Below, piece after piece: positions 47,491 through 59,095 of a stretch of 64,000 nt of DNA. Each line of letters opens with the position of its first letter. The first letter of the stretch is position 1. The notes beneath the pieces are model-generated. The model saw nothing but the letters and a program-made list of their open reading frames with translations, was not told the origin of the DNA and did no database searches. Origin of the DNA: Okamejei kenojei. Its lineage: Eukaryota. The stretch is from positions 31,868,001 to 31,932,000 of the forward strand of contig CM069162.1 in NCBI GenBank assembly GCA_035221665.1, read 5' to 3'. Both the position numbers and the translations under genes were made by a program.

Positions 47491-48090
47491 ACTCCACCCA
47501 ATGCACATGCTGCAGAATGGGGTCTTCAAGCGAGCACAGTGTAATTTTCTTTAAACCTATTTGATCTTGCAGAAAGTATATCATCTTTACTTTAATGACT
47601 TTCCTGTTGCTGCGATATCCCTGCTTAGTGGCGTGCTCTGGCTATGTTGTAGCCGACACTACAAATTCATGAAGATAATTAGTTTTAGTGCGATGTTTGT
47701 TTTTACTTCTGCTGCATGATATTAAAGGTTCAGTGTAAAGTAATAAAAGCAGAAGGCGCTGCAACAGCTGGGCAAGTCAAAGACTCTCTTTGCAAAGAGA
47801 AACATGCTGAACAATTGTTTGCTTAAGAAGCTCTGAAGATGGGTCCCGACCCGAAACGTTGGCTGGCCATTTCTCTCCACACACACTGCCTGCTGAGTAC
47901 CTCCTGTGCTTTGTTCTATACAGTCGAATAAGCAGTTCCCTGCCTGGTGTTTACAGCAGGTTGCTTTGTGTTTTCTGGCAGCCGCAGTATGTTGATCGTG
48001 GTTGATTGGAGCGGTACATCAGCTCTGTTCCACCCTGCTGTGGGCCACTCGGCCCTTCATAAGGTCATAAGTGATAGAAGAATTAGGCCA

Positions 48091-48264
48091 ATCACAATCA
48101 TAATACTTTTTTAGCCAAGTATGTTTTGCAACATACGAGCATTTGCCAGACAGTCACACAAATAAAAAGCAACGGAACACACAAAACACATTTTAACATA
48201 AACATCCACCACAGTGACTCCTCCACATTCCTCACTGTGATGGAAGGTGAAAAAAAGTTCAATC
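48091..48264 (-). mobile_element. 5'-truncated relative of the 39963-40819 retroposon, inserted in a CR1 tail
   Basis: Shares aacatccaccacagtga...cctcactgtg(a/g)tggaagg; has its own GCAA stem-loop at 48119-48136. Confidence 0.68.
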
Positions 48265-48749
48265 TATCGAGTCTACTCCGCCATTCAATCATGGCTGAAC
48301 TACATTCCCCTCTCAACCCCACTCTCCTGCCTTCTCCCCAAGAGCAGAACTCGCTATCAAAACATGGAGGGGACGGGGGACACAATTTATTTTGCGGGCG
48401 GCGCGAGCATGCGCCTGCTCACACACACATGCGCGAGGCTGCGGAGGCTCAATCCGGCTAGACAAAGATACTAGAGGAGCCGAAACCCTGAAACATTCGC
48501 CTCATTTGTGTTTTGCATCCGAATCGGGTTTAAAAGTTCGAACAGGCAATTAAAGTAAACCTTTTTTTTCGTTCATTTGACATATTTGACCAAATAATAA
48601 ATTGCTAGTATCTTTAGTGCTAAATGCAGCTCAACTCTGCCTGTGTCGCCGGGTTAACTACAGCCCTGACTGGACTGACGGGACACCAGTGCGCTGCTTC
48701 TCTGCGCTGCCCATATTTCCCGCAAGTTACTCCAACGTTTGTTTCTATC

Positions 48750-49085
48750 TAAAGGTACGTACTTTAATTCTGAGGCTTTGACCTCTAGTCCTGGACTCTC
48801 CCACTAGTGGAAACATCCTCCCCATCCACTCTATTCAAGCCTTTCACTATTGGGTAAGTTTGTATAGGTGCAGGAGTAGGCCATTCGGGCCTTTGAGCCA
48901 GCACCGCCATTCACTGTGATCATGGCTGATCATCCACAATCAGTACCCCGTTCCTGCCTTCTCCCCATATCCCCTGACTCTGCTATCTTTAAGAGCCCTA
49001 TCTTACTCTCTCTTGAAAGCATCCAGTGAACCGGCCTCCACCGCCCTCTGGGTGAAAAAGTTTTTCCTCGTCTCGTTCTAAATTC
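48750..49085 (-). mobile_element. CR1 3' fragments
   Basis: ctggactctcccactagtggaaacatcc and taggtgcaggagtaggccattc blocks. Confidence 0.8.
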
Positions 49086-49905
49086 CCGGATGGTTGAGCA
49101 GACACAAGACGTCCAATCAGCTCCTCCTCCTGCTTCTTCTGGAGTGCTTACGTTTCTCAGTGTTGTACAGCGAATAAAACCAATCTGTCCATTTGTTTTG
49201 CATGGCTACTAAACTAAACTGTTACCAAGGAACCAAGTACCAGATTTTATCTCAGCCTCCAGGGTTATTTGTGTAAATCCATCCCTTTCATCCTTTTTCC
49301 TTTGTCTATAATTCCTACATAGGGGAGTGTGACATATTTATTAAACAAAACATTTCAAATGCTTTTAGTCAAACTCAATTAGCAGTCTGTGCTAACTCTA
49401 CAAAAGCCACATTCATCTTGCTATTAAGTTTTCTCCCATTTGTGATGTTCTGACGCATATCCTTCCACTAAGATCTCTTCATTAGTTCTGTCAACAGTAT
49501 TTTGCATCTATTCCATGTAGCAGGCATTTAAAACTGGCTCCCCCGCCTCCAGTGGCAAAGCCCATAGCTCAGCGGCAGAGACCACAGTGTGCGGCAACAC
49601 GCCGAATCCAGCATCAGGACCGTTTCAGTGTAGTTTATTGTCCCGTGTACCAAGGTACAGTGAAAAGCTGTTGTTGCGCGCTAACCAGTCAGCGGGAAGA
49701 CAATACACAATTACAATCGAGCTGTTTTCATTGTACAGATACAGGATAAAGGGAATAACGTTCAGTGCAAGGTAAAGCCAGCAGTCCAATCAAGAATAGT
49801 CCGAGGGTCACCAATGAGGTAGATAGTGGTCCAACACTGCTCTCTGGTTGTGGAAGGACTGTTCAGTTGCCTGATAAAATATGAACTTGAAGAGCTCTCC
49901 CCTCC

Positions 49906-50088
49906 CCTCGTGGTCTCCATGTCGGAGCTGTCCCTGTGGTCTCCACGTCGGAGCTGTCCCTGTGGTCTCCACGTCGGAGCTGTCCCTGTGGTCTCCACGA
50001 TGGAGCTGTCCCTGTGGTCTCCAACTTGGAGCTCCCCCCTGTGGTCTCCACGTCGGAGCTGTCCCTGTGGTCTCCATGTTGGAGCTGC
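49906..50088. repeat. 26-bp minisatellite, about 7 units (cctgtggtctccacgtcggagctgtc)
   Basis: Period 26 (gtcggagc at 49921, 49947, 49973); no unique spacers. Confidence 0.93.
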
Positions 50089-51147
50089 CTCATGGTCACC
50101 CACTGGTCCCACACAGTATGAGTAGTAAATCTACACGTGCAAAGCAGCACATCTGTTTCTATCTTATGTAACATCTGCCTTGGGCACGGGCCTGCTGGCG
50201 TAGGCCGGGGAGTGTCTGTACATATTATTTCCTTCGCCACTCCCCAACGTCCTCCCTGCCCCAATTCCCATCATGAGTTTCTCAAGAACAGTGCAACACA
50301 TATCAGCGACCTCCTGGATTCCCTCAGTCATGCCCAGACCGCCAGCTACTCTCCAGGTGATCCCAACAATAAGTGCGTGCCCAGCAGAGCAGAGCTGTAA
50401 CCGCATCAGGTGCAGGTAAACGAGCAGCTTTTTCTCTGACCACTGTGCACTTGGACACAAAGGCACGGACAGACAATGCACCAGGAGTGTAAGATCTGTA
50501 GGCTTTTACCAGCCGCGTGCTGCACCTCAGGGGCATTTCAGTCTTCTCTCCGCGCTGCTAGAGGCTGCTTGGTGACTACAATGCGGCGAGCATTTAGCAG
50601 GAAATATGTCTTTTCATGCTTGTTGCAGCAGCTCTGTGGAGCACTTCTCATCAGCGAGTGTCTGCCTTGCGATGGAAACCTGCTCTTTCAGGATATACAA
50701 CGCACACCCATCTTCCCTTCCCACCGGAACTGCAGATGCTGGTTTAAACCGAAGATAGTCACAAAATGCTGGAGTAACTCAGCGGGACAGGCAGCATCGC
50801 TCAACTCTTTTCTCGACCTGAAACGTCACCCATTCCTTCTCTCCAGAGATGATGTCTGACCCGCTGAGTGTCTATCTTCCTTTCCCATTGAGGTGCCTTT
50901 ACAGCAATTATTGTTGCAGAGGCCCCTGATGCATATCTGGCAGTGGGCTAGAGACACGTGATTACGAATTGTCACAGCCGTAGGCAACATGAAGTGGTGA
51001 CAAATGTTTGTGACGGATTGAAAGGAAAAGGGAGTTCTTGCAGTTTTATTGGGAAGAAAAATAGAATGGATATCAGCTAAAACCACGAGGGAAACTGGGA
51101 AACAATTCACAGGTGGGGCTTCCAGTAGATACGGATAAACGGTGTGA

Positions 51148-51643
51148 GGGCAGCACAGTCGTGCAGCTGGTGGAGTTGCTGCCTCACAGCACCAGAGACT
51201 AAGGTTCGATCCTGACTACCGGTGCTAACTGTACGGAGTTTGTACGTCCTCCCTGTGACCGCGTGGGCTTTCTCCGGGGACTCTGGTTTCCTCCCGCACT
51301 CCAGAGACGTGCAGGTTTGTCAGTTCATTGGCCCTCTGCAAATTGCACCCAGCCTATCGGATGCGATAGTAGGGTAGCGTAGGACTGGTGTGGAGGAAGG
51401 AGCTGCAGATGCTGGAGAATCGAGGGGACACTGGGGGTTGTGAATGCCTGTCCGGCGGCTGTAACTGTAGCGTAGGACTGGTGTGGAGGAAGGAACTGCA
51501 GATGCTGGTTTCCACCGAAGATAGACACCAAATGCTGGAGTAACTCTGCTAGTGTTGGTGATCGATGGTCGGCGTGACCTCGTTGGGCCAAAGGGCCTGT
51601 TTCCACGCTGTATCAACAAGCTAGACTAAACTAAACGTAACTA
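51148..51643 (+). mobile_element. HE1 SINE interrupted by two Penelope termini
   Basis: SINE head at 51148, B box ggttcgatcc, tail at ~51550-51640; Penelope ends at ~51390 and ~51483. Confidence 0.78.
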
Positions 51644-51880
51644 ACGTTTGGAAGTTGCTTCTAATGTCCGAGCAACAACTAGGGAACCGATTCAATCAAG
51701 ACGCCAGTGAAAGATCTGTCTTGTTGTTGTACGAACAAATATCATCTGAAAGTTTCCAAAAACATACATACCCCCCCCCCGTGTATCAGATTGGTTTATG
51801 TTCCTTCCTTATGTTCCATTATTCTCTCTCTCATAATGTTGTTCACAGTCCACTGCATTCTTGAACTTGTTTAGTACCTG

Positions 51881-51930
51881 GCCCAGCCCAGCCCAGCCCA
51901 GCCCAGCCCAGCCCAGCCCAGCCCAGCCCA
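51881..51930. repeat. (GCCCA)10 microsatellite
   Basis: Perfect pentamer run. Confidence 0.97.
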
Positions 51931-52429
51931 CCAGAGGAGTTTATATTCCTGGAGATTTATAACTATTCCTTCTATTGTGATTTGATTATCTCCATTGACA
52001 AACAGTACGTTTTCTGCAGTTTGCCACAAAGGGGCCTATTAACTTATTTCACCCAAGGATAACTCCACTCTGCAGTCTGTTGCTCCTAGATATTCCAGGG
52101 GAATGTAACATCATAGGGTCAGAGGAACAGCATTAGGCCATTTGGCCCATCGTCTACTCTGGCCATTCGATCATGGCTGATCTATCTCTCCCTCCCAACC
52201 CCGTTCTCCTGCCTTCTACCCGTAACCCCTGACACCCGCACTAATCAGGAATGTTGAAGAACGGAGGGGTTTATGTAGGGAATTGGAAAACTGGAGCCTG
52301 ACTGGAGAGGCAACAATGGTGGGTTGTGGGAATATTGATGCAGAGGAGTCTCCAACGCGAGCAACAGAGAGTTGACCGAATGTTATTCGAGTGGTGGAGT
52401 GGATATACTCCCTTTACCTTACTTTACTT

Positions 52430-52691
52430 GCGAGATACACAACCAGCGATCACCCCATACACTAGCATCATCCTACACGTTAGGGACAATTTACAATTTT
52501 TTTAAAATAAGCCAATTAACTGACAAACCTGCACGCCTTTGGGATGTGGGAGGAAACCGGAGCGCCCGGAGAAAACCCACGCAGTCACAGGGAGAACGTG
52601 CAAACTCCGTACTGACAGCGCCCGTAGTCGCGATGGAACCCGGGCGTCTGGCGCTGTGAGGCAGCAACGCTACCGCTGCGCCACCGTGCCA
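52430..52691 (-). mobile_element. HE1-type SINE
   Basis: Head taccgctgcgccaccgtgcc and V-domain. Confidence 0.85.
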
Positions 52692-53139
52692 CTTTCTCTC
52701 CACAAATACATCGGCTGTTACATCTCCTGATGCAGATTGTTTGCCAAATGTCTCCGGATATTTTACGACTTTAAAAGCTGGCGTATAAAACCAAATTGTT
52801 GTCTGTTTTCTTTTTCAAAGTGATTAGTCATTGAAAACTCCACAGATAAATTGATTCAGAATGCACAATTAAAATTGGTGTAATAAATCCAGGGTTTGTT
52901 CTAAATCTAATCCTCATTGCAACATGCCAGTCATGTTGGTTCACAAGTTATAGGAGTACATTCAGCCCATCGAGTGTACTCCACATAGAGTCTGGGCCAG
53001 TAGGTTAACACAGTCCATGTTGACCTCAAATGCCCTGCCTGCAATGGCCTCAAATGCCCCACACCTCCTCTCCCCCCTCCCCCCCCCCCTCACACATAGG
53101 GCCGCAGGGCAGGGCAAGGTGTGGAAACACAAAGCATGG

Positions 53140-53455
53140 ACAGGCAGACCAAGTGTAGGCTCGGCGATCGTTTCATCAACACCTGCGCTCAGTCTGCCAA
53201 GGCCTACTGGATCTCCTGGTTGCTAACCATTCCAACTCCCCCTCCCATTCCCACACTGACCTTTCTGTCCTGGGCCTCGGAGGAGCGTGAGGCCACACAA
53301 ACTGGAGCAACGGCACCTCATGTTCCGCTTGGGCAGCTCACACCGCAGCGGAATGACCACTGGACCCCACTCCCCTTTTCTTCCCATCTGTCCTGCACCT
53401 CTCCTTGTCTTACACCATTCACCTGTCTGACCCGCTGAGTTACTCCAGCACTTTA
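53140..53455 (+). pseudogene. Penelope GIY-YIG endonuclease C-terminal remnant plus pLTR fragment
   Basis: With frameshifts reads QTKCRLGDRF-HLRSVCQGLLDLLVANHSNSPSHSHTDLSVLGL...KLEQRHLMFRLG, like the PLE endonuclease pattern G.T.R.L..R..EH...VA.HF...H; followed by cccgctgagttactccagcac. Confidence 0.8.
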
Positions 53456-53622
53456 TCTCGATCCTCAGTACCACAGATATGTAAACACAGTACTCAATAA
53501 TATAATGATTAGGCAGGAGATTAGAGAGAGTGAGGCAAGATAGAGAGAGGAGGGAGAGAAGGTTGGAGTGGTGGTATGGGAAAGAGAGAGGGGTTTTGAG
53601 AAAGAGTAAGAATGAGGGTGGT

Positions 53623-53626
<4 letters not shown>

Positions 53627-53663
<37 letters not shown>

Positions 53664-54190
53664 GTTACTGGGGATGAGAGAAAAGGAGAGGCAGAAGAGA
53701 GTACTCGGGGACCGCATGCCGTCCTGCTGTCTCATCCCACATCTCTCAATCTCTTCTCCTCAATCTCTCCCCCAGCTTTCTCCCCCTCCATCTCGCCCTT
53801 CTCTCCCCTCTCTCTCTCACTCTCCCCCTCTTCCAAGAGAACTCCCCCCGTCTCTCCCCCTCAATTTCCCCCCGCTCCCCCCTCAATCTCCCCCCTCAAT
53901 CTCTCCCCCTCTCTCTCCCCCTCAATCTCTCTCCCCTCAATCCCCCCTCTCTCATCCCCCCCCCTCAATCTCTCCCCCCCGTCAATCTCTCCCCCCCTCA
54001 ATCTCTCCCCCTCAATCTCTCCCCCCCTCTCTCTCCCCCACTCTCTCTCCCCCCTCTCTCTCCCCCCTCTCTCTCCCCTCTCTCTCCCCCCCTCCCCTCT
54101 CTCTCCCCCTCTCCCCCCCTCTCTCTCCCTCTGTCTATCCCCTCTCTCTCCCCCCTCAATCTCTCTCTCCCCCCCCCTCTCTCCCCCCTT
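53627..54190. repeat. (GA)n microsatellite (53627-53660) and ~450-bp polypyrimidine tract with ctcaatctctccccc subrepeats (53740-54190)
   Basis: Direct inspection. Confidence 0.92.
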
Positions 54191-54481
54191 GATCTCAACA
54201 CACATTGGACGTTGACATACATATTGTCTTCTTGCAAAGATCAGTTTAGAAGGAATGCAAGGATTGGGTTATAAGACTGATGAAGATTGCAAACATTGGG
54301 ATAGACCCGCTGAGACTTTATATTATCTTATTAGTGATTACGAAGGCAGATTATTTTATAGTGTATCAAACAAAATTCCTAAGGGCCATTGAAGAACACT
54401 GGTGTTCCGTTATGGTTTAACTGCGCAATTAAAACTGTGATTATATCCCAATTAATTTTTAACTTGCAACTATTATTTTTA

Positions 54482-55341
54482 NNNNNNNNNNNNNNNNNNN
54501 NNNNNNNNNNNNNNNNNNNNNNNNNNNNNNNNNNNNNNNNNNNNNNNNNNNNNNNNNNNNNNNNNNNNNNNNNNNNNNNNNNNNNNNNNNNNNNNNNNNN
54601 NNNNNNNNNNNNNNNNNNNNNNNNNNNNNNNNNNNNNNNNNNNNNNNNNNNNNNNNNNNNNNNNNNNNNNNNNNNNNNNNNNNNNNNNNNNNNNNNNNNN
54701 NNNNNNNNNNNNNNNNNNNNNNNNNNNNNNNNNNNNNNNNNNNNNNNNNNNNNNNNNNNNNNNNNNNNNNNNNNNNNNNNNNNNNNNNNNNNNNNNNNNN
54801 NNNNNNNNNNNNNNNNNNNNNNNNNNNNNNNNNNNNNNNNNNNNNNNNNNNNNNNNNNNNNNNNNNNNNNNNNNNNNNNNNNNNNNNNNNNNNNNNNNNN
54901 NNNNNNNNNNNNNNNNNNNNNNNNNNNNNNNNNNNNNNNNNNNNNNNNNNNNNNNNNNNNNNNNNNNNNNNNNNNNNNNNNNNNNNNNNNNNNNNNNNNN
55001 NNNNNNNNNNNNNNNNNNNNNNNNNNNNNNNNNNNNNNNNNNNNNNNNNNNNNNNNNNNNNNNNNNNNNNNNNNNNNNNNNNNNNNNNNNNNNNNNNNNN
55101 NNNNNNNNNNNNNNNNNNNNNNNNNNNNNNNNNNNNNNNNNNNNNNNNNNNNNNNNNNNNNNNNNNNNNNNNNNNNNNNNNNNNNNNNNNNNNNNNNNNN
55201 NNNNNNNNNNNNNNNNNNNNNNNNNNNNNNNNNNNNNNNNNNNNNNNNNNNNNNNNNNNNNNNNNNNNNNNNNNNNNNNNNNNNNNNNNNNNNNNNNNNN
55301 NNNNNNNNNNNNNNNNNNNNNNNNNNNNNNNNNNNNNNNNN
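54482..55341. other. Gap or masked run (860 N)
   Basis: Run of n. Confidence 0.99.
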
Positions 55342-55411
55342 ACATGTGTCAGTCCATGGATTTTAGCGCAGGGTTCCTGTGCTGAGGAAATGCCAGTGTC
55401 AAAGGTCCTGG

Positions 55412-55695
55412 CTTAGTTTAGAGATACAGCACAGAAACAGGCCCTTCGGCCCATCGAGTCTGCATCGACCAGCGATCCCCGCACACTAACACTATCCTAC
55501 ACATACTAGGGACAATTTTACATTTATACCAAGCCAATTAACCTACAAAACCTGTACATGTTTGGAGCGTGGGAGGAAACCGAAGATCTCAGAGAAAGCC
55601 CAGGCAGGTCACAGGGAGAACGTAGAAACTCAGCACCCATGGTCAGGATTGAACCCGGGTCTCTGGCGCTGTGAGGCAGCAACTCTACCGCTGCT
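55412..55695 (-). mobile_element. HE1-type SINE
   Basis: Tail, V-domain and head consensus blocks. Confidence 0.85.
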
Positions 55696-56062
55696 CCTCC
55701 GTGCAGCCGAATGCTCTTCTGCTCAAATCACGCAAAGTACCGATCGCCAGTGCCTCTCCTGCTCATTCACTTTCTCTCAAAGGTTCATTATTCTCACGCA
55801 CGCACTGCACGGTGAAACTCTTACACCCGTGGCCGCATTGTTGTGCCAAGGTCAAAAGAAAAAGTCTAAAGTCCAAAGTCAGGTCCACACGCTGATGATC
55901 TAATGATCCGTCTCCTCCAGCCAGCTCTCTGACGTTACTTCCAGCCACACGCTCCCACCCGCCCTCACTGATTCACGCTGCACTGACAGAACATCAACAA
56001 ATGTAGAAGCTCTGTTTGGGAGCAGACAGCTGACTGCTTCCTTTACCCTCGCCACCCTACTT

Positions 56063-56197
56063 GAGTCTGAAGAAGGGTCTCGACCCGAAACGTCACCCAT
56101 TCCTTCTCTCCAGAGATGCTGTCTAACCCGCTGAGTTACTCCAGCACTTTGTGTCCATCTTCGGTTTAAACCGGCACCTGCAGTTCCTTCCTACACA
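56063..56197 (+). mobile_element. Penelope pLTR (A) from hammerhead core to tail
   Basis: ctgaagaagggtctcgacccgaaacgtc (56067-56094)...ttccttcctacac. Confidence 0.85.
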
Positions 56198-56221
56198 GAT
56201 TGTTTAGTTTAGTTCAGTTTA

Positions 56222-56457
56222 AGGGCCTGTCCCACTTGCCGATGTTTGCGGCGACTCCCGGCATCATTGGCTGACGTATCAGGTCACCGAAACATTCGCG
56301 CCGTGATGTGGCGTGATGACGTATTGACGCGCGGGGTTTTTTCAAGTGTCGCATCATTTTTTTTGTCGCCGCTGGATTTTGAAATGTTCAAAATCTTTTG
56401 GCGACCCTGATATGACCCCGGCAGTCGCCGAAAAAGTCACCAAGTGGGACAGGCCCT
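56222..56457. mobile_element. PIF/Harbinger-like MITE
   Basis: Perfect TIR agggcctgtcccacttg / caagtgggacaggccct; flanks tta / taa; inserted in a LINE tail. Confidence 0.78.
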
Positions 56458-56612
56458 TAAGTTTATTGTCACGTGTACCGAGGTTTTGTCGCGTGCGACC
56501 CAGTCGGCAATCGAGCCGTCCACAGTGCGCAGATACAGGATGAAGGCAATAACGTGAATAATGTTTACTGCAAGATAAAGTCTGCTTAAAGAGAGTCCAC
56601 CGGGACGCTCTC

Positions 56613-57650
56613 CATAGAAACATAGAAATTAGGTGCAGGAGTAGGCCATTCAGCCCTTCGAGCCTGCACCGCCATTCAATATGATCTTGGCTGATCATCC
56701 AACTCAGTATCCCGTACCTGCCTTCCATTACATCTGATCCCCTTATGGGGCCACATCCAACTGCCAATGAACTGGCCTCAACTACCCTCTGTGGCACCAG
56801 AGACTGGTGAAGAAAGTCTTCTCATCTCGGTCGTAAAAGGATTTCCCCGTTACTTCCCCAACATCGGGAACGCCTGTCCAACAAGAATTTTTGTACTACC
56901 CCTCTTGTAGGCCGAGTATCCATCTTTCTCATTAAGGTCCTGGCCCCAGCAGTCTGGTGAACATCTTCGGCAAAAATTTCCTCAGATTTGGAAGACCAGA
57001 ACTGTAAGCAATACTCCAGGTGTGGTCTGACCCTGTAAACACTATACATACCATTCGCTTTTTTTCACTAGCCTTGCTGCACCTGCATGACTTTCAATGG
57101 CTAGGCCAACCAAAGGCAGCATCTGCCAAACATTTGCCCACTCACCAGCCTATCCAAGTCACCTTGCAGTCTCCTAGCTCCTCCTCAAAGCCCCCAGCTT
57201 AGTGTCAATCCGCAAAACTTGGAGATATGCCTTCAATTCCCTCATCCAGTAAATAGCATGCCCTGCTGTGCCAAAAAGGACCCGTTTACTCCTACTCTTT
57301 GCTTCCTGTTTGCCAGCCCGTTCTCTATCCACATCAATACTGATAGTATGCTTTAAGTTTGTTAAGTATATAGTGGGACCTTCTTCTTCCAGAATATACC
57401 ACATCGTACTTCACATAAAATTCCACAAGCATGATTTACCTTTTGTAAATCCATGACTTTGTCAATGATTTCACCACTTTCCAAATGTGCTGCTATCCCA
57501 TCTTAATAACTGAGCAGTTTTAGACTAACTGGTCTTAAAAAGAGGGGTTACATTGCTACCCGCCAATCTCAGATCTAAAGGAGTTTTGAATTATCACTAA
57601 TGATCCACTATTTCCTGAGCTACTCCTTAAGTAATCTGATGCATCGGCCT
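56613..57650 (-). mobile_element. ~1-kb CR1 fragment riddled with small deletions
   Basis: catagaaacatagaaattaggtgcaggag tail; RVRPHLEYCLQFWS (ORF 56822..57049) is a CR1 RT motif. Confidence 0.75.
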
Positions 57651-58244
57651 GTATTTCAGGCAGATTAGTTATTAACAACCTTAACCTTGTATGACTCTTG
57701 CAATATTATATTCCATCCAATTAGTTCCTTGGTATGTAGCACACGGATTGTTGATAAATTTTTGAATTTTTTTTACGGAACAATTTTGGAACAATTTTGC
57801 AGTCACCAAGTAGGAGCTTATCTTGGCATTAGGCCATAGGATACTGCATTAGAAACTCAGCTTTCATTTGAATTTACTAAGCCATTTGGAGGACTCCTGT
57901 GCTGTTGTATCCAAGTAATACTCTGTCTTTATTTGTGTGGAACTTGGTTAAGGTACCGGATTATCCCGCTCTATCACAAAGGCAGCACAAAGATGTAAGT
58001 CTGTGTGAGCGAGATTGTGCATGGGATCAAGCACTCGCTCAGCTTGGAGCGAGAAAGTCCATCAAGGGAAGAAAATCACATCATTTGATGCTTGGAACAT
58101 TACTGAGGGGTAGCTTGTGAAATAGGTAGAGCGCTTGGAACATCTAGTTGTTTAATTTAACGCATGTATGGAACATCTATAGAAGCATTATAATGTCACT
58201 TCTAAAGTTCCCAGTGAATACAATCAGCAGATACTATCATAACA

Positions 58245-59095
58245 TTTATGAGAAGGCGTTGAACAGGTACGTGGATGGGACAGGTTTAGTGGGATATGGA
58301 CCAAACGCAGGCAGATGGGACTAGTGTAGCTGGGGCATGTTGGTCGGTGTTGGGCAAGATGGGCCGAAGGGCCTGTTTGCACGCTGTATGACTATATGAC
58401 TCCATATGCAAATATCAAAGTGGCCCAGTGTCTTCAGAGGAAGACATAATTTAAAGGGGGCTCAGTATTTCTGCTTTGGATGAGGTGACAAGTGCCGCAG
58501 AGGTCATTGCAAAGCGTACCACAGCTACAAGCTTGGTTCATTGTCGTAGAGTCATTCAGCACCGGAAAAGGCCCTTCAACCCAACTTGACCATGCTGACC
58601 AGATGCCCTATTATGCTGGTCCCATTTGCTTGTGTTTGACCCATGTCCCTCTAAACCCTTCCCTTCTCATGGCTCCAATGTGCATCTAACCCAACCTCTA
58701 GGGTGGAACATCTATCCAGACTAAGGCCTGGTCAGGGCAATAGAAAGACCTTCATGGCAGTCATGAAGAAGGACACTGGAGCTGTCTTGGTTAAGATTTC
58801 TCTTTCAAAAATCGGATTAATTTATTGTGCAGAAATGGATTCCAGTTTTCGACATCAGAACAGCTGTTACTAGAAGAGATATTTACTTGCATTCTATGCT
58901 GTGGTATTTTTAGGATGGGATCAAAATTCTTAGGAACAGAGATGACTGAAGTCATAAAGTGATACAACGAGGAAACAGACCCTTCGGCCCAACTTGCTCA
59001 TACTGGCCAACATGTCCCATCTACACTAGATCCACCTGTCTGCGTTTGGCCCATATCCCTCTGAACCTGCCCTATCCATGTACCCATCTAAATAT
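58245..59095. mobile_element. CR1/HER1-like 3' tails (58245-58405 +, ~58550-58660 -, 58955-59095 -)
   Basis: gcaggcagatgggactagtgtagctgggg...gggccgaagggcctgttt tail blocks. Confidence 0.72.

Noticed and set aside
49906-50088. CRISPR-like array
   Set aside because: Head-to-tail 26-bp units with no unique spacers, no cas genes, vertebrate context.
51881-51930. Immunoglobulin switch-like (GGGCT)n repeat
   Set aside because: Only 50 bp, no Ig segments nearby; an ordinary pentamer microsatellite.
53530-54237. Pro/Ser-rich and Gly/Glu/Arg-rich ORFs
   Set aside because: Translations of low-complexity CT/GA tracts.
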